Origin: Nostoc sp. PCC 7120 = FACHB-418
Lineage (GTDB): Bacteria > Cyanobacteriota > Cyanobacteriia > Cyanobacteriales > Nostocaceae
Reading direction: 5' to 3'
Length of the DNA stretch: 32,000 nucleotides
NCBI RefSeq assembly: GCF_000009705.1
Contig: NC_003272.1
Span: 3,510,001 to 3,542,000, forward strand
The translations under genes were made by a program, and so were the position numbers. The notes below the pieces were generated by a model. The model was not told where the DNA came from. It saw only the letters and a program-made list of their open reading frames with translations, and searched no databases. Every line of letters starts with the position of its first letter. The first letter of the stretch is position 1. Shown here piece after piece: positions 1-8,350 of this stretch.

Positions 1-456
1 AACCGCAAAGAACTGGCAGAAATTGTCGCAGCACGGGCTTACTTCAACGTGCCAGTTGATGTTTTAATCGACCCATATATGGGTAAATATGACATGGGTG
101 AAGGTCGCCAAATTGATGATAGATCAATGGCAGCCTTGTATTGGAAAGATGAGAAAGGCAGCGTTTCTTATCCTTATAAGAGCCATGATTTGTGGTTCAT
201 TACCGAAAGTGTACGTTGGGGATTCTTACCCAAGGATTACATTGATAATAATGCTGCTAAAGCGAGAGCATTAATTGATAAAGTTAACCGCGAAGATATT
301 TGGAAAGAAGCAGCGAAAGAAGCCGGTATTGCGGCTGCTGACATTCCCACTAGCACATCTCGTGGTATAGAAGAATTTTTTGATGGTGTAAAATTCGACC
401 CCGAAAATCCTCAAGCATATCTGAAGAGTTTGCAAATTAAGAAAGTGAGCGTTTAG
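1..456 (+). CDS. cmpA: CmpA/NrtA-family ABC-transporter periplasmic substrate-binding protein, C-terminal 151 codons (5' end lies upstream of the window)
   Basis: Frame 1 is open from base 1, so the GTG at 49 in the ORF track is only the first in-window start. It is followed directly by the matching permease and two ATPases. The same fold recurs as the C-terminal domain of the next ATPase (both end ...DPxNPxAYLxSLxIK...). Calling it cmp rather than nrt rests on remembered PCC 7120 synteny: no narB downstream and kaiABC nearby. Confidence 0.8.
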   Translation, partial: NRKELAEIVAARAYFNVPVDVLIDPYMGKYDMGEGRQIDDRSMAALYWKDEKGSVSYPYKSHDLWFITESVRWGFLPKDYIDNNAAKARALIDKVNREDIWKEAAKEAGIAAADIPTSTSRGIEEFFDGVKFDPENPQAYLKSLQIKKVSV

Positions 457-482
457 CAGTTAGTCATCAGTCATCAGTCAAG
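457..482. repeat. STRR heptamer array (AGTCATC-like, about 3 copies) immediately after the cmpA stop
   Basis: Tandem 7-bp periodicity read directly: agtcatc agtcatc agtcaag. Confidence 0.8.
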
Positions 483-546
483 AAAATCGCTACACTCTTG
501 CAACATTTTTCCACGCGTTATTCGTCATCTGAGGAACATTAAAGTC

Positions 547-1386
547 ATGACCGTAGCTCAAAGAAGAACCGCTAATCCTAAATTTGACCACGGCTTTTTG
601 TCTCAACTACAAAAGCAATTTCCCAACATTGTACCGCCAGCGATCGCCATTGCTATCTTTCTAGCTTTGTGGCAATTATTTTCTTGGACTCCTGGGGCAA
701 CATTACCAGGACCAATCAAGGTTGTACAGGATACTTGGATGTTGATTTTGTATCCTTTCTATGATAGAGGCGGTATTGATAAAGGATTATTTTGGCAGAT
801 TTTTGCTAGTCTACAACGGGTAGCTATTGGTTACTTTTTTGCTGCCGTGGTTGGTATTGCTTTAGGCATTGTCATTGGTGTTAATAAAACCATGTCTAAA
901 GCTTTAGATCCTCTATTTCAGTTATTACGAACTGTACCGCCTTTAGCTTGGGTGCCTATTTCCTTAGCAGCCCTACGTCAAAACGAACCTGCCGCCCTAT
1001 TCGTAATTTTTATCACTGCAATTTGGCCGATTCTTATCAACACTGCGGTTGGTGTCAAAGAAATTCCTCAAGACTATAATAACGTCGCCAAAGTTCTGCA
1101 ACTTTCAAAAAAAGAGTATTTCTTGAATATCCTCATTCCTGCTGCCTTACCCTACATTTTTACAGGTTTGAGAATTGCAATTGGTTTAGCTTGGTTGGCG
1201 ATTATCGCCGCAGAAATTGTGATGTCAGGTATTGTAGGTATTGGCTTTTTTATCTGGGATGCTTACCAAAATAACTACATCAGCGAAATTATCTTGGCAC
1301 TTGTTTACATTGGTGCAGTGGGTTTGTTACTAGACAAGCTGATGGTTTGGATTCAAAACTTGATTTTACCAACAGAACAGAAGTAG
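547..1386 (+). CDS. cmpB: CmpB/NrtB-family ABC-transporter permease
   Basis: 279-aa multi-pass hydrophobic protein with the typical NrtB/CmpB/TauC-type permease sequence (LRTVPPLAWVPISL...), located between the binding-protein and ATPase genes. Confidence 0.88.
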   Translation: MTVAQRRTANPKFDHGFLSQLQKQFPNIVPPAIAIAIFLALWQLFSWTPGATLPGPIKVVQDTWMLILYPFYDRGGIDKGLFWQIFASLQRVAIGYFFAAVVGIALGIVIGVNKTMSKALDPLFQLLRTVPPLAWVPISLAALRQNEPAALFVIFITAIWPILINTAVGVKEIPQDYNNVAKVLQLSKKEYFLNILIPAALPYIFTGLRIAIGLAWLAIIAAEIVMSGIVGIGFFIWDAYQNNYISEIILALVYIGAVGLLLDKLMVWIQNLILPTEQK

Positions 1387-1428
1387 TCATTAGTCATTAG
1401 CCCTTAGTTTTTTACTAATGACTAATGA
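1387..1428. repeat. Inverted pair of STRR heptamer repeats forming a perfect 14-bp stem with a 14-nt loop in the cmpB-cmpC spacer
   Basis: TCATTAGTCATTAG (1387-1400) is the exact reverse complement of CTAATGACTAATGA (1415-1428). The right arm contains the ATG at 1418. Confidence 0.85.
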
Positions 1429-3463
1429 GCAACTAACAAAGTCATGGGGAACAAAGGAAATGAGCGTATTTGTTGCAGTTGACCAAATTGATAAGGTATT
1501 TGAATTAACTGGTGGTGGGAAATATATCGCCCTTAAAGGAATTGACCTCCAGATTAGAAAAGGTGAGTTTGTTTCTTTAATTGGTCACTCCGGTTGCGGT
1601 AAGTCCACTTTATTGAATATGATTGCTGGTTTGGATTTGCCGAGTGAAGGTATAGTCACTCTGGAAGGACAGAGAGTGAGTAGACCGGGGCCAGACCGGA
1701 TGGTGGTTTTCCAAAACTATTCTTTGTTGCCTTGGCGGACGGTGAGAGAAAATATTGCCCTGGCTGTAAACTCAGTGATGAAGGGGATGCCGGAAGCTGA
1801 ACGCAAATCAATTATCGAAAAATATATAGATATGGTGGGTTTGCGTCCCCACGCAGATAAACAACCGGGGATGTTGTCTGGGGGACAAAAACAACGGGTA
1901 GCGATCGCCCGCGCCTTGGCAATTCGTCCTAAACTATTACTATTGGATGAACCCTTTGGGGCGTTGGATGCCCTCACCAGGGGTAATTTGCAGGAACAGT
2001 TAATGCAAATCTGCGAAGAAAATGAAGTCACTGCGGTAATGGTGACTCACGACGTAGATGAAGCCGTGCTGTTGTCTGACAGAATTGTCATGTTGACCAA
2101 CGGCCCCGAATCCAAAATTGGTGACATCCTGGAAGTTGATATTCCCAGACCCCGCAAACGCATGGAAGTAGTAGAACACCCAAGCTACTACAGTTTGCGG
2201 AGTGAAATGATTTACTTCCTGAACCAGCAGAAGCGGGTGAAGAAAATTCGCGCCCGGAAAACCGCAGATGTGGCTCGTCATGGGTTAGAAAAAGTTAACT
2301 TGGAAATAGGTTTCTTACCCTTGACAGCTTGCGCCCCTTTAGCTGTAGCCAAAGAAAAAGGTTTCTTTACCAAGCATGGTTTAGATGAAGTTAACTTAGT
2401 GCGGGAAACTAGCTGGCGGGGTATCGTTGATGGCATGAAAGGCGGTTACATAGACGCAGCCCAAATGCCTTCCGGGATGCCTATGTGGTTAACCTTGGGT
2501 GGACATGATAACCAACCCCTACCAGTGGTTACCGCCCTCACCATGACCCGCAACGGTAACGCCATCACCTTGGCAAAACGCTTTTATGATGAAGGTGTCC
2601 GCAGCTTATCGGATTTTAAAAATTACCTGTTGCGTACCCGTGACCAACGCCACATCATGGGGGTAGTCCATCCCGCATCGATGCACAATTTATTGCTACG
2701 TTACTGGTTAGCGGCTGGTGGAATTGACCCGGATTTAGATGTGGACATGAGAACCATCCCACCAGCCCAGATGGTAGCCGACTTGCAAAACAAAAGTATT
2801 GATGGTTATTGCGTGGGTGAACCTTGGAACTACCGCGCCGCCGTGGAAAATGTCGGCTTTACCATTGCTACCGATTTGGAAGTGTGGTTAGGACACCCTG
2901 GTAAAGTCCTCGGTGTGCGGGAAGATTGGGCAGAAAGATATCCCAACACCCACATCGCCTTGACTAAAGCTTTGCTGGAAGCCTGCGAATATTGTTCTCG
3001 ACCAGAAAATGTCGAAGAAGTCAGAAGAATAGTAGCGGGTAGAGATTACGTCAGCACAGATTTAGATTACATTCAACTGGAAGACCCGAATAGCCTTGTC
3101 TGTGATATAGACCACCCATTACGGGACTACGCCCACCACCAATTTTTTGCCGAGTCAGCCATCAACCGCCCCAGCCGTACCGAACAAATCTGGATTATGA
3201 GTCAGTTGGCGCGCTGGGGTGATACGCCTTTCCCCAGAAATTGGGTAGAAGTTGTAGAACGGGTTTGCCGTGTGCGCGTCTTCAGTACCGCCGCTAGAGA
3301 ATTAGGTCTGGACATCAGCTATACTCGCCAACCCATCGAATTATTTGATGGCACACCCTTTAACGCCGACGACCCCATAGCCTATCTCAACAGCTTGCAT
3401 ATTAAGCGTGATTTCTCCATTGCGGAAGTCATCCTCGACTCACCAAGCAGAAGAGTAGCTTAA
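1418..3463 (+). CDS. cmpC: CmpC/NrtC-type ABC ATPase fused to a C-terminal CmpA/NrtA-like solute-binding domain
   Basis: Walker [10 protein letters not shown], signature [15 protein letters not shown], Walker [13 protein letters not shown], then about 380 aa resembling the periplasmic binding protein. The true start may be the ATG at 1460 (MSVFVAV...), which has an AAAGGAA Shine-Dalgarno-like motif just upstream and lies outside the hairpin. Confidence 0.9.
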   Translation: MTNEQLTKSWGTKEMSVFVAVDQIDKVFELTGGGKYIALKGIDLQIRKGEFVSLIGHSGCGKSTLLNMIAGLDLPSEGIVTLEGQRVSRPGPDRMVVFQNYSLLPWRTVRENIALAVNSVMKGMPEAERKSIIEKYIDMVGLRPHADKQPGMLSGGQKQRVAIARALAIRPKLLLLDEPFGALDALTRGNLQEQLMQICEENEVTAVMVTHDVDEAVLLSDRIVMLTNGPESKIGDILEVDIPRPRKRMEVVEHPSYYSLRSEMIYFLNQQKRVKKIRARKTADVARHGLEKVNLEIGFLPLTACAPLAVAKEKGFFTKHGLDEVNLVRETSWRGIVDGMKGGYIDAAQMPSGMPMWLTLGGHDNQPLPVVTALTMTRNGNAITLAKRFYDEGVRSLSDFKNYLLRTRDQRHIMGVVHPASMHNLLLRYWLAAGGIDPDLDVDMRTIPPAQMVADLQNKSIDGYCVGEPWNYRAAVENVGFTIATDLEVWLGHPGKVLGVREDWAERYPNTHIALTKALLEACEYCSRPENVEEVRRIVAGRDYVSTDLDYIQLEDPNSLVCDIDHPLRDYAHHQFFAESAINRPSRTEQIWIMSQLARWGDTPFPRNWVEVVERVCRVRVFSTAARELGLDISYTRQPIELFDGTPFNADDPIAYLNSLHIKRDFSIAEVILDSPSRRVA

Positions 3464-3495
3464 CAATTCAAAATTCAAAATACTCCTATCGCAGG

Positions 3496-3554
3496 CTAAC
3501 GCACCATCCAAGATTATCGGTGCGTTAGGACTAACGTCCTTAACACACCCTACA
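3496..3554. repeat. Small dispersed-repeat module in the cmpC-cmpD spacer: 10-bp inverted repeat, mini-hairpin and CACCCTACA tail
   Basis: CTAACGCACC (3496-3505) pairs with GGTGCGTTAG (3519-3528). AGGAC-TAAC-GTCCT lies at 3528-3540 and CACCCTACA at 3546-3554. The same tail follows the hairpin at 4951-4999. Confidence 0.6.
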
Positions 3555-3585
3555 AACCCCCCCAAATCATACCCCCTTCACCACC

Positions 3586-4455
3586 ATGCAAAACCGCAGT
3601 TTAAGCGTTACCGAAACCACCAGAAGCATACAGGAAAGACAGTCAGCCGATGCGACTAATTACAACAGACCTTTCCTAGAAATTAAAGACGTTAGCAAAG
3701 TCTATCCCACCAAGAAAGGCCCCTTCACCGTCCTTGATGGCGTTAACTTAAATGTAGAACAGGGTGAATTTCTCTGCGTTATCGGTCACTCTGGCTGTGG
3801 TAAATCCACACTACTAAATATGGTGTCTGGTTTTAACTTTCCTAGCTCCGGGCAAGTATTACTAGAAGGTCAACCCATCACCCAACCAGGCCCCGATAGA
3901 ATGGTGGTGTTTCAAAATTATGCCCTCCTTCCTTGGCGGACTGCATTTGAGAATATCTACCTAGCGGTGAACGCCGTTTACCCCAACAAGCCAGAACCGG
4001 AGAAAAGGGCTATTGTCCGGGAACATTTGGCAATGGTGGGACTGGCTGACGCGATGGAGAAAAAACCCATGCAAATGTCCGGTGGTATGAGACAACGGGT
4101 ATCTATTGCCCGTGCTTTGGCAATTCGTCCCAAAGTCCTGATTTTAGACGAACCTTTTGGGGCGCTAGATGCCATTACCAAAGAAGAATTACAAGAAGAA
4201 TTGTTGAAAATCTGGGGTGATAATCGCTGCACAGTATTGATGATTACTCACGACATCGATGAGGCGCTATTTTTAGCCGACAAATTGGTAATGATGACCA
4301 ACGGCCCCCACGCCAAAATCGGTGAAGTGTTGGAAATTCCATTTTCTCGCCCACGCGATCGCGCCCGTATCATGGAAGATCCAGAATACTATAAACTGCG
4401 TAACTATGCCCTAGATTTTCTCTTTAATAGATTTGCCCATGATGATGTGGGATAA
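3586..4455 (+). CDS. cmpD: CmpD/NrtD-type ABC ATPase
   Basis: 289-aa paralogue of the cmpC ATPase domain ([36 protein letters not shown]) without the extra C-terminal domain. Confidence 0.9.
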   Translation: MQNRSLSVTETTRSIQERQSADATNYNRPFLEIKDVSKVYPTKKGPFTVLDGVNLNVEQGEFLCVIGHSGCGKSTLLNMVSGFNFPSSGQVLLEGQPITQPGPDRMVVFQNYALLPWRTAFENIYLAVNAVYPNKPEPEKRAIVREHLAMVGLADAMEKKPMQMSGGMRQRVSIARALAIRPKVLILDEPFGALDAITKEELQEELLKIWGDNRCTVLMITHDIDEALFLADKLVMMTNGPHAKIGEVLEIPFSRPRDRARIMEDPEYYKLRNYALDFLFNRFAHDDVG

Positions 4456-4487
4456 CAACGTTCCCCAGATGATGACTGTTAGCACTT

Positions 4488-4546
4488 AGGTAAAAGATAA
4501 AAGGTAAAATCACCCGGTTTTACCACTTATCTTCTACCTTTTTTTT
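4488..4546 (+). terminator. Rho-independent terminator of the cmp operon
   Basis: Outer stem AGGTAAAAGATAA (4488-4500) pairs with TTATCTTCTACCT (4527-4539) at 12/13 positions. Inner stem GGTAAAA (4503-4509) pairs with TTTTACC (4518-4524). A run of 7 T follows (4540-4546), 33 nt after the cmpD stop. Confidence 0.85.
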
Positions 4547-4578
4547 AAATAGCAATCATCAATAATTTGTGAGATACT

Positions 4579-4611
4579 AGATCCCCGACTCCTTTGAGAA
4601 TTCGGGGATCT
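4579..4611. other. 10-bp perfect stem-loop (AGATCCCCGA / TCGGGGATCT, 13-nt loop)
   Basis: Inverted repeat read directly. Only a weak T tract follows (TCTTTGG), so it could be a back-up terminator or a dispersed palindromic repeat. Confidence 0.4.
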
Positions 4612-4950
4612 TTGGTATGCAACAATTATTATATTTTTTAACTATGATAAATATAGATGTTTTTTAGGAAACGACCTTGCTATATTCTAAATCATCTATG
4701 ACCATATCATTACGTTAGAATTAACACACCAATAGCCAACTAAAGCTAAACTAGCTGACTTCAAACAGTACAAATTGCTAACAAAAATACAGTTATTGGT
4801 AGCTTATATAACGGAACCTATATAGTACAAAAGTCAATAGTGAGAATTGCCCATTTTACACTTAGACTTTAAATTTCAGCAAGCTTTTCAGAGTCAAACT
4901 CGATTCCCATATATAGGACTCATATTTGATTTATGAAATATACATAGGAT

Positions 4951-4999
4951 GGGCAATGCCCACCGTATCATGGTTTCGGTGGGTATTGCCCACCCTACA
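4951..4999. repeat. Dispersed palindromic repeat (GGGCAATGCCCACC type) with CACCCTACA tail
   Basis: GGGCAATGCCCACCG (4951-4965) pairs with CGGTGGGTATTGCCC (4977-4991) at 14/15 positions with an 11-nt loop, followed by CACCCTACA (4991-4999). This motif family is typical of Nostoc genomes, from memory. Confidence 0.6.
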
Positions 5000-5094
5000 C
5001 ATACTGAGATTTTTATACGCCAGTGCAGGCTACGCCAACACTAATCAAATCAGATTCCTATATCTTAACCACGAATTACAAATTACGAACTCTT

Positions 5095-5970
5095 ATGAGC
5101 CTCCGCGCACTGCTATTAGTAAATCGTCATGCCCGCCAAGGACAAGAACGTCTATTGGAAGCAATTGATCATCTGAAAAAATTCAATTTTCAGTTAATTG
5201 AAGAGACAACAGAACATCCTAAACACCTTTCGCAAGTTATACATAAATATAAAGATCAAGTTGATTTAGTTATAGTTGGGGGTGGTGATGGTACATTAAA
5301 TGCTGTCGTTGACGCTTTAGTAGAGACACAATTACCTTTAGGAATTTTGCCACTAGGAACTGCTAATGACTTAGCCAGAACATTAGGAATTTCTAACTCA
5401 TTGCCTGAAGCTTGTAAAACAATTGCCGAAGGAGAATTAAGACGTATTGATTTAGGTTGGGTAAATGGTAAACACTTTTTTAATGTTGCCAGTTTAGGGC
5501 TAAGTGTAAAAATTACCCGCCGACTTACTAAAGAATTTAAACGTCGTTGGGGTGTATTTGCTTATGCTGTCACAGCAATACAAGTTATTTGGGAATCTCG
5601 TCCTTTCAGTGCGGAAATTCGCTCTAAAGATAGAGTATTCCGTGTTAAAACTGTACAAATTGCTGTTGGAAATGGTCGCTATTACGGCGGTGGTATGGCT
5701 ATAGTTCCTGATGCCAGCATTGATGACCAAAGACTAGACCTTTATAGTTTAGAAATTAGTCATTGGTGGGAAATTATTCCCTTATTACCTGCAATGCGAA
5801 ATGGCAGACACATTCATCGACAAAACGTCCGCGCCCTCAACGGACAGGAGTTTGAAGTTTATACACGTAAACCCCGTGCCATCAATACGGATGGTGAAAT
5901 CACAACCTACACCCCCGCCACATTTCGCGTTCTTCCTAAAGCCGTAGCTGTTTTAGTTCCGCCAGTGTGA
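5095..5970 (+). CDS. YegS/BmrU/diacylglycerol-kinase-family lipid kinase
   Basis: The GGGDGT nucleotide-binding motif (VIVGGGDGTLNAVV) and overall DAGK catalytic-domain pattern. I prefer the ATG at 5095 (MSLRALLLVNRHARQG) because the longer 5023 start runs through repeat-derived sequence. Confidence 0.8.
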   Translation: MSLRALLLVNRHARQGQERLLEAIDHLKKFNFQLIEETTEHPKHLSQVIHKYKDQVDLVIVGGGDGTLNAVVDALVETQLPLGILPLGTANDLARTLGISNSLPEACKTIAEGELRRIDLGWVNGKHFFNVASLGLSVKITRRLTKEFKRRWGVFAYAVTAIQVIWESRPFSAEIRSKDRVFRVKTVQIAVGNGRYYGGGMAIVPDASIDDQRLDLYSLEISHWWEIIPLLPAMRNGRHIHRQNVRALNGQEFEVYTRKPRAINTDGEITTYTPATFRVLPKAVAVLVPPV

Positions 5971-6002
5971 GGTAGAGACGAAGCAGAGGGAAATCATAAC
6001 TA

Positions 6003-6035
6003 CTGACAACTGACAACTGACAACTGACAACTGAC
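6003..6035. repeat. STRR heptamer array (CTGACAA x 4.7)
   Basis: Perfect tandem heptamers read directly, 33 nt after the kinase stop. Confidence 0.9.
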
Positions 6036-6115
6036 TTGATATCGTAAGAAATAATGGTGGGTGCATTTGTATTGATATTTCGTATTTATTTTAAGTTAGA
6101 TTAAGTGGGATTATT

Positions 6116-6748
6116 GTGGCAATTCACATCAACTCACACCAAATACATTTGAGCTTTTCTCAAGAAATTAAGTCATTGCTGCAACGTTTAGCCGAACAGC
6201 ATTTGACACTTGGCGACATTTTGGCAGAAACCTCAGAACGTGGTTTTAGCTTGGTAATTGCATTATTGGTTTTGCCTTTCTTGTTTCCCATGCCACCAGG
6301 GGCAACAGGGCCTTTTGGTGCTGCCTGTCTGATATTATCGGTACAGATGCTTTTGGGTAGGCGATCGCCTTGGCTACCTAAAAAAATCGCTCATTATAAA
6401 TTCCCCCGTCCTTTTGCCCAGTTTCTCCTCCAAAATCTGCGGCGTGTCACCAAGGTTGTAGAGAAAATCGCCCGTCCCCGGTTAAGCAAAATAGCTCATA
6501 ACCCATTAATTTGGCGTATCAACGGGTTTTGTATATCTTGGTTGACAATATTACTTATCTCACCAATTCCCTTAACTAACCCGATACCTACTGTTGGTAT
6601 TTTATTATTAGCGATCGCCACAATTGAATCTGATGGTTTACTAATTTGCCTCAGCTATGTCGTCACTGCTGTCATTACAGTTATATTTGCATTTATTGGT
6701 TACGGTTTATGGTTGGCTCCTAGCATTCTACCGTCTATTTTTAAATAG
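6116..6748 (+). CDS. exoD: ExoD-family exopolysaccharide-synthesis membrane protein
   Basis: 210 aa with a GTG start. The N-terminal LGDILAETSERGFSLVIALLVLPFLFPMPPG segment plus about 4 TM helices fit the ExoD family pattern. Confidence 0.75.
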   Translation: MAIHINSHQIHLSFSQEIKSLLQRLAEQHLTLGDILAETSERGFSLVIALLVLPFLFPMPPGATGPFGAACLILSVQMLLGRRSPWLPKKIAHYKFPRPFAQFLLQNLRRVTKVVEKIARPRLSKIAHNPLIWRINGFCISWLTILLISPIPLTNPIPTVGILLLAIATIESDGLLICLSYVVTAVITVIFAFIGYGLWLAPSILPSIFK

Positions 6749-6818
6749 ATAATTAGCCAGGGTTTGTTTTTTGAAACCCTACGTAAAGCGGCTTTAGGTG
6801 CAGGTTGTTTTAAGAGTT

Positions 6819-8084
6819 TGTTCAATCCCTGATAGGGATTTTTGTTAGTTAAAACCTATCAATCGTTATTGCTGTTTTTTTAGCATTTTAGCGTTTCAAT
6901 CCCTGATAGGGATTTTTGTTAGTTAAAACTTGCAGCTACTGCTGATGCAACTTGAATCTGTACTTGTTTCAATCCCTGATAGGGATTTTTGTTAGTTAAA
7001 ACCGATATGGTTCCGTTGTTGAGGGTTGCCCTGCGAGTTTCAATCCCTGATAGGGATTTTTGTTAGTTAAAACATGAGTGAAGATAGCTTGATAAAAAAG
7101 CTCAGTTTCAATCCATGATAGGGATTTTTGTTAGTTAAAACTTGAGGCTAGATTATTTATTTTTGATGCTGTTTCCTGTTTCAATCCCTGATAGGGATTT
7201 TTGTTAGTTAAAACCCTTTTCTTGTTTTTCCCCACGCAGTATAAGCGAGTTTCAATCCCTGATAGGGATTTTTGTTAGTTAAAACCTTCGTTCCACACAT
7301 TGAAGAAGATCCCTTTGTTGTATAAGCGAGTTTCAATCCCTGATAGGGATTTTTGTTAACGCGATGTGCGACTTATTCTTAAAACCCCTCTCCAAACCTC
7401 TCCCCTGCAAGGAGAGAGGCTTTAATTATTACTCCCCTTCCCTTGTAGGGAAGGGGTTGGGGGTTAGGTCTGGGAGAAAGTTGCACACGGCGTTTTGTTA
7501 GTTAAAACACAAGAAGCGATCACCTGTAATCAATGAGTCTGGTTTCAATCCCTGATAGGGATTTTTGTTAGTTAAAACACACACATTATCAGCAAATCGT
7601 CTAATACAGTCAGTTTCAATCCCTGATAGGGATTTTTGTTAGTTAAAACTTTAGCTTTGGATTGCGTGATAGAGAGGCTGAGGGTGTTTCAATCCCTGAT
7701 AGGGATTTTTGTTAGTTAAAACTGCTAGGGGGGTGGCTCACTTTGCCTCTTCTCTTGTTTCAATCCCTGATAGGGATTTTTGTTAGTTAAAACCATAGCA
7801 AAAGTATTTAAGCTATTCTTTGCTAAGTAAACAGTTTCAATCCCTGATAGGGATTTTTGTTAGTTAAAACGTTTTTTGCGGGATGGGGGGGGTGGGTGAA
7901 GATTCGTTTCAATCCCTGATAGGGATTTTTGTTAGTTAAAACCCGCCAGCGATTAGATTGCTGGGGTTAGACATCAGTTTCAATCCCTGATAGGGATTTT
8001 TGTTAGTTAAAACCATCTACAGCGATTGATGTGGCATCAGTAAGAGCGTTTCAATCCCTGATAGGGATTTTTGTTAGTTAAAAC
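6819..8084 (-). CRISPR. CRISPR array, 16 repeats of 37 bp and 15 spacers; orphan (no cas genes in the window)
   Basis: The repeat GTTTCAATCCCTGATAGGGATTTTTGTTAGTTAAAAC starts at 6819 (degenerate, TG for GT), 6893, 6966, 7037, 7105 (C->A at 7115 in the palindromic core), 7178, 7249, 7330 (split, resumes 7493-7508), 7542, 7613, 7686, 7757, 7834, 7906, 7977 and 8048. Spacers are unique and 31-44 bp. The minus strand is inferred because the reverse complement ends in ATTGAAAC and the only degenerate terminal repeat is at the left end. Confidence 0.95.
7359..7492. mobile_element. 134-bp MITE-like insertion inside CRISPR repeat 8, flanked by an 8-bp target-site duplication TTTTGTTA
   Basis: The repeat reads GTTTCAATCCCTGATAGGGATTTTTGTTA | insert | TTTTGTTAGTTAAAAC, with TTTTGTTA present at 7351-7358 and 7493-7500. 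Imperfect terminal inverted repeats CGCGATGTGCGACTT and AAGTTGCACACGGCG match at 12/15. Internal hairpins include CCCCTTCCC-TTGTA-GGGAAGGGG. There is no ORF. Confidence 0.8.
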
Positions 8085-8350
8085 TGCCTGAGTCTAGAAG
8101 GCTTACTGTATTTAGTTTTCAAGGTGCGGTTGCGTCAATCTGAAACTAAGGTAGCTTTTCAGCCATTGGGTTGTCAAGAGTAGCATCTTAAAAAATACCG
8201 AAAAAGATACTCTAGCAAAGGTTCAGGCGATCGCGTCAACCTCATACTGAAGCTAAACTGACTCAAGCCATGACAGTATAAGCATTTTAGCCGTAAAATT
8301 TGGTACTGTGAAAAAAACACCTATAGATTGACGCTAATCCTCGCCACTCC
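8085..8350 (-). promoter_or_regulatory. Putative CRISPR leader (if the array is read on the minus strand)
   Basis: This 266-bp non-coding stretch lies between the kinase stop (8351) and the last intact repeat. It is AT-rich and contains GCGTCAA three times (8132, 8233 direct; 8328-8334 inverted) and a TATACT -10-like hexamer on the minus strand (8275-8280). The assignment depends on the orientation inference. Confidence 0.35.

Noticed and set aside
1717-4232. Antisense ORFs inside cmpC and cmpD (1717-2031, 2000-2281, 3978-4232). Similar shadow ORFs lie inside the kinases, kaiC, hgdD, ruvB, hisF and the phytochrome.
   Set aside because: They lie entirely within well-supported genes on the opposite strand, their translations are low-complexity, and they have no motifs. 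These are typical shadow ORFs.
4799-4812. GTA-N8-AAC, an NtcA-box-like sequence in the long AT-rich spacer upstream of the lipid kinase.
   Set aside because: It is not the full GTA-N8-TAC consensus, and no acceptable -10 (TAN3T) sits at the required ~22-nt distance.
4926-5168. 80-aa ORF and the N-terminal extension of the 5023 ORF upstream of the lipid kinase.
   Set aside because: Both read through the palindromic dispersed repeat (4951-4999) and repeat-like GCTACGCCAAC sequence. The kinase homology begins at the Met at 5095.
6759-6780. 7-bp stem-loop (AGGGTTT / AAACCCT) between exoD and the CRISPR trailer end, as a possible terminator.
   Set aside because: The stem is short and no U tract follows on either strand, so it is not sufficient to call.
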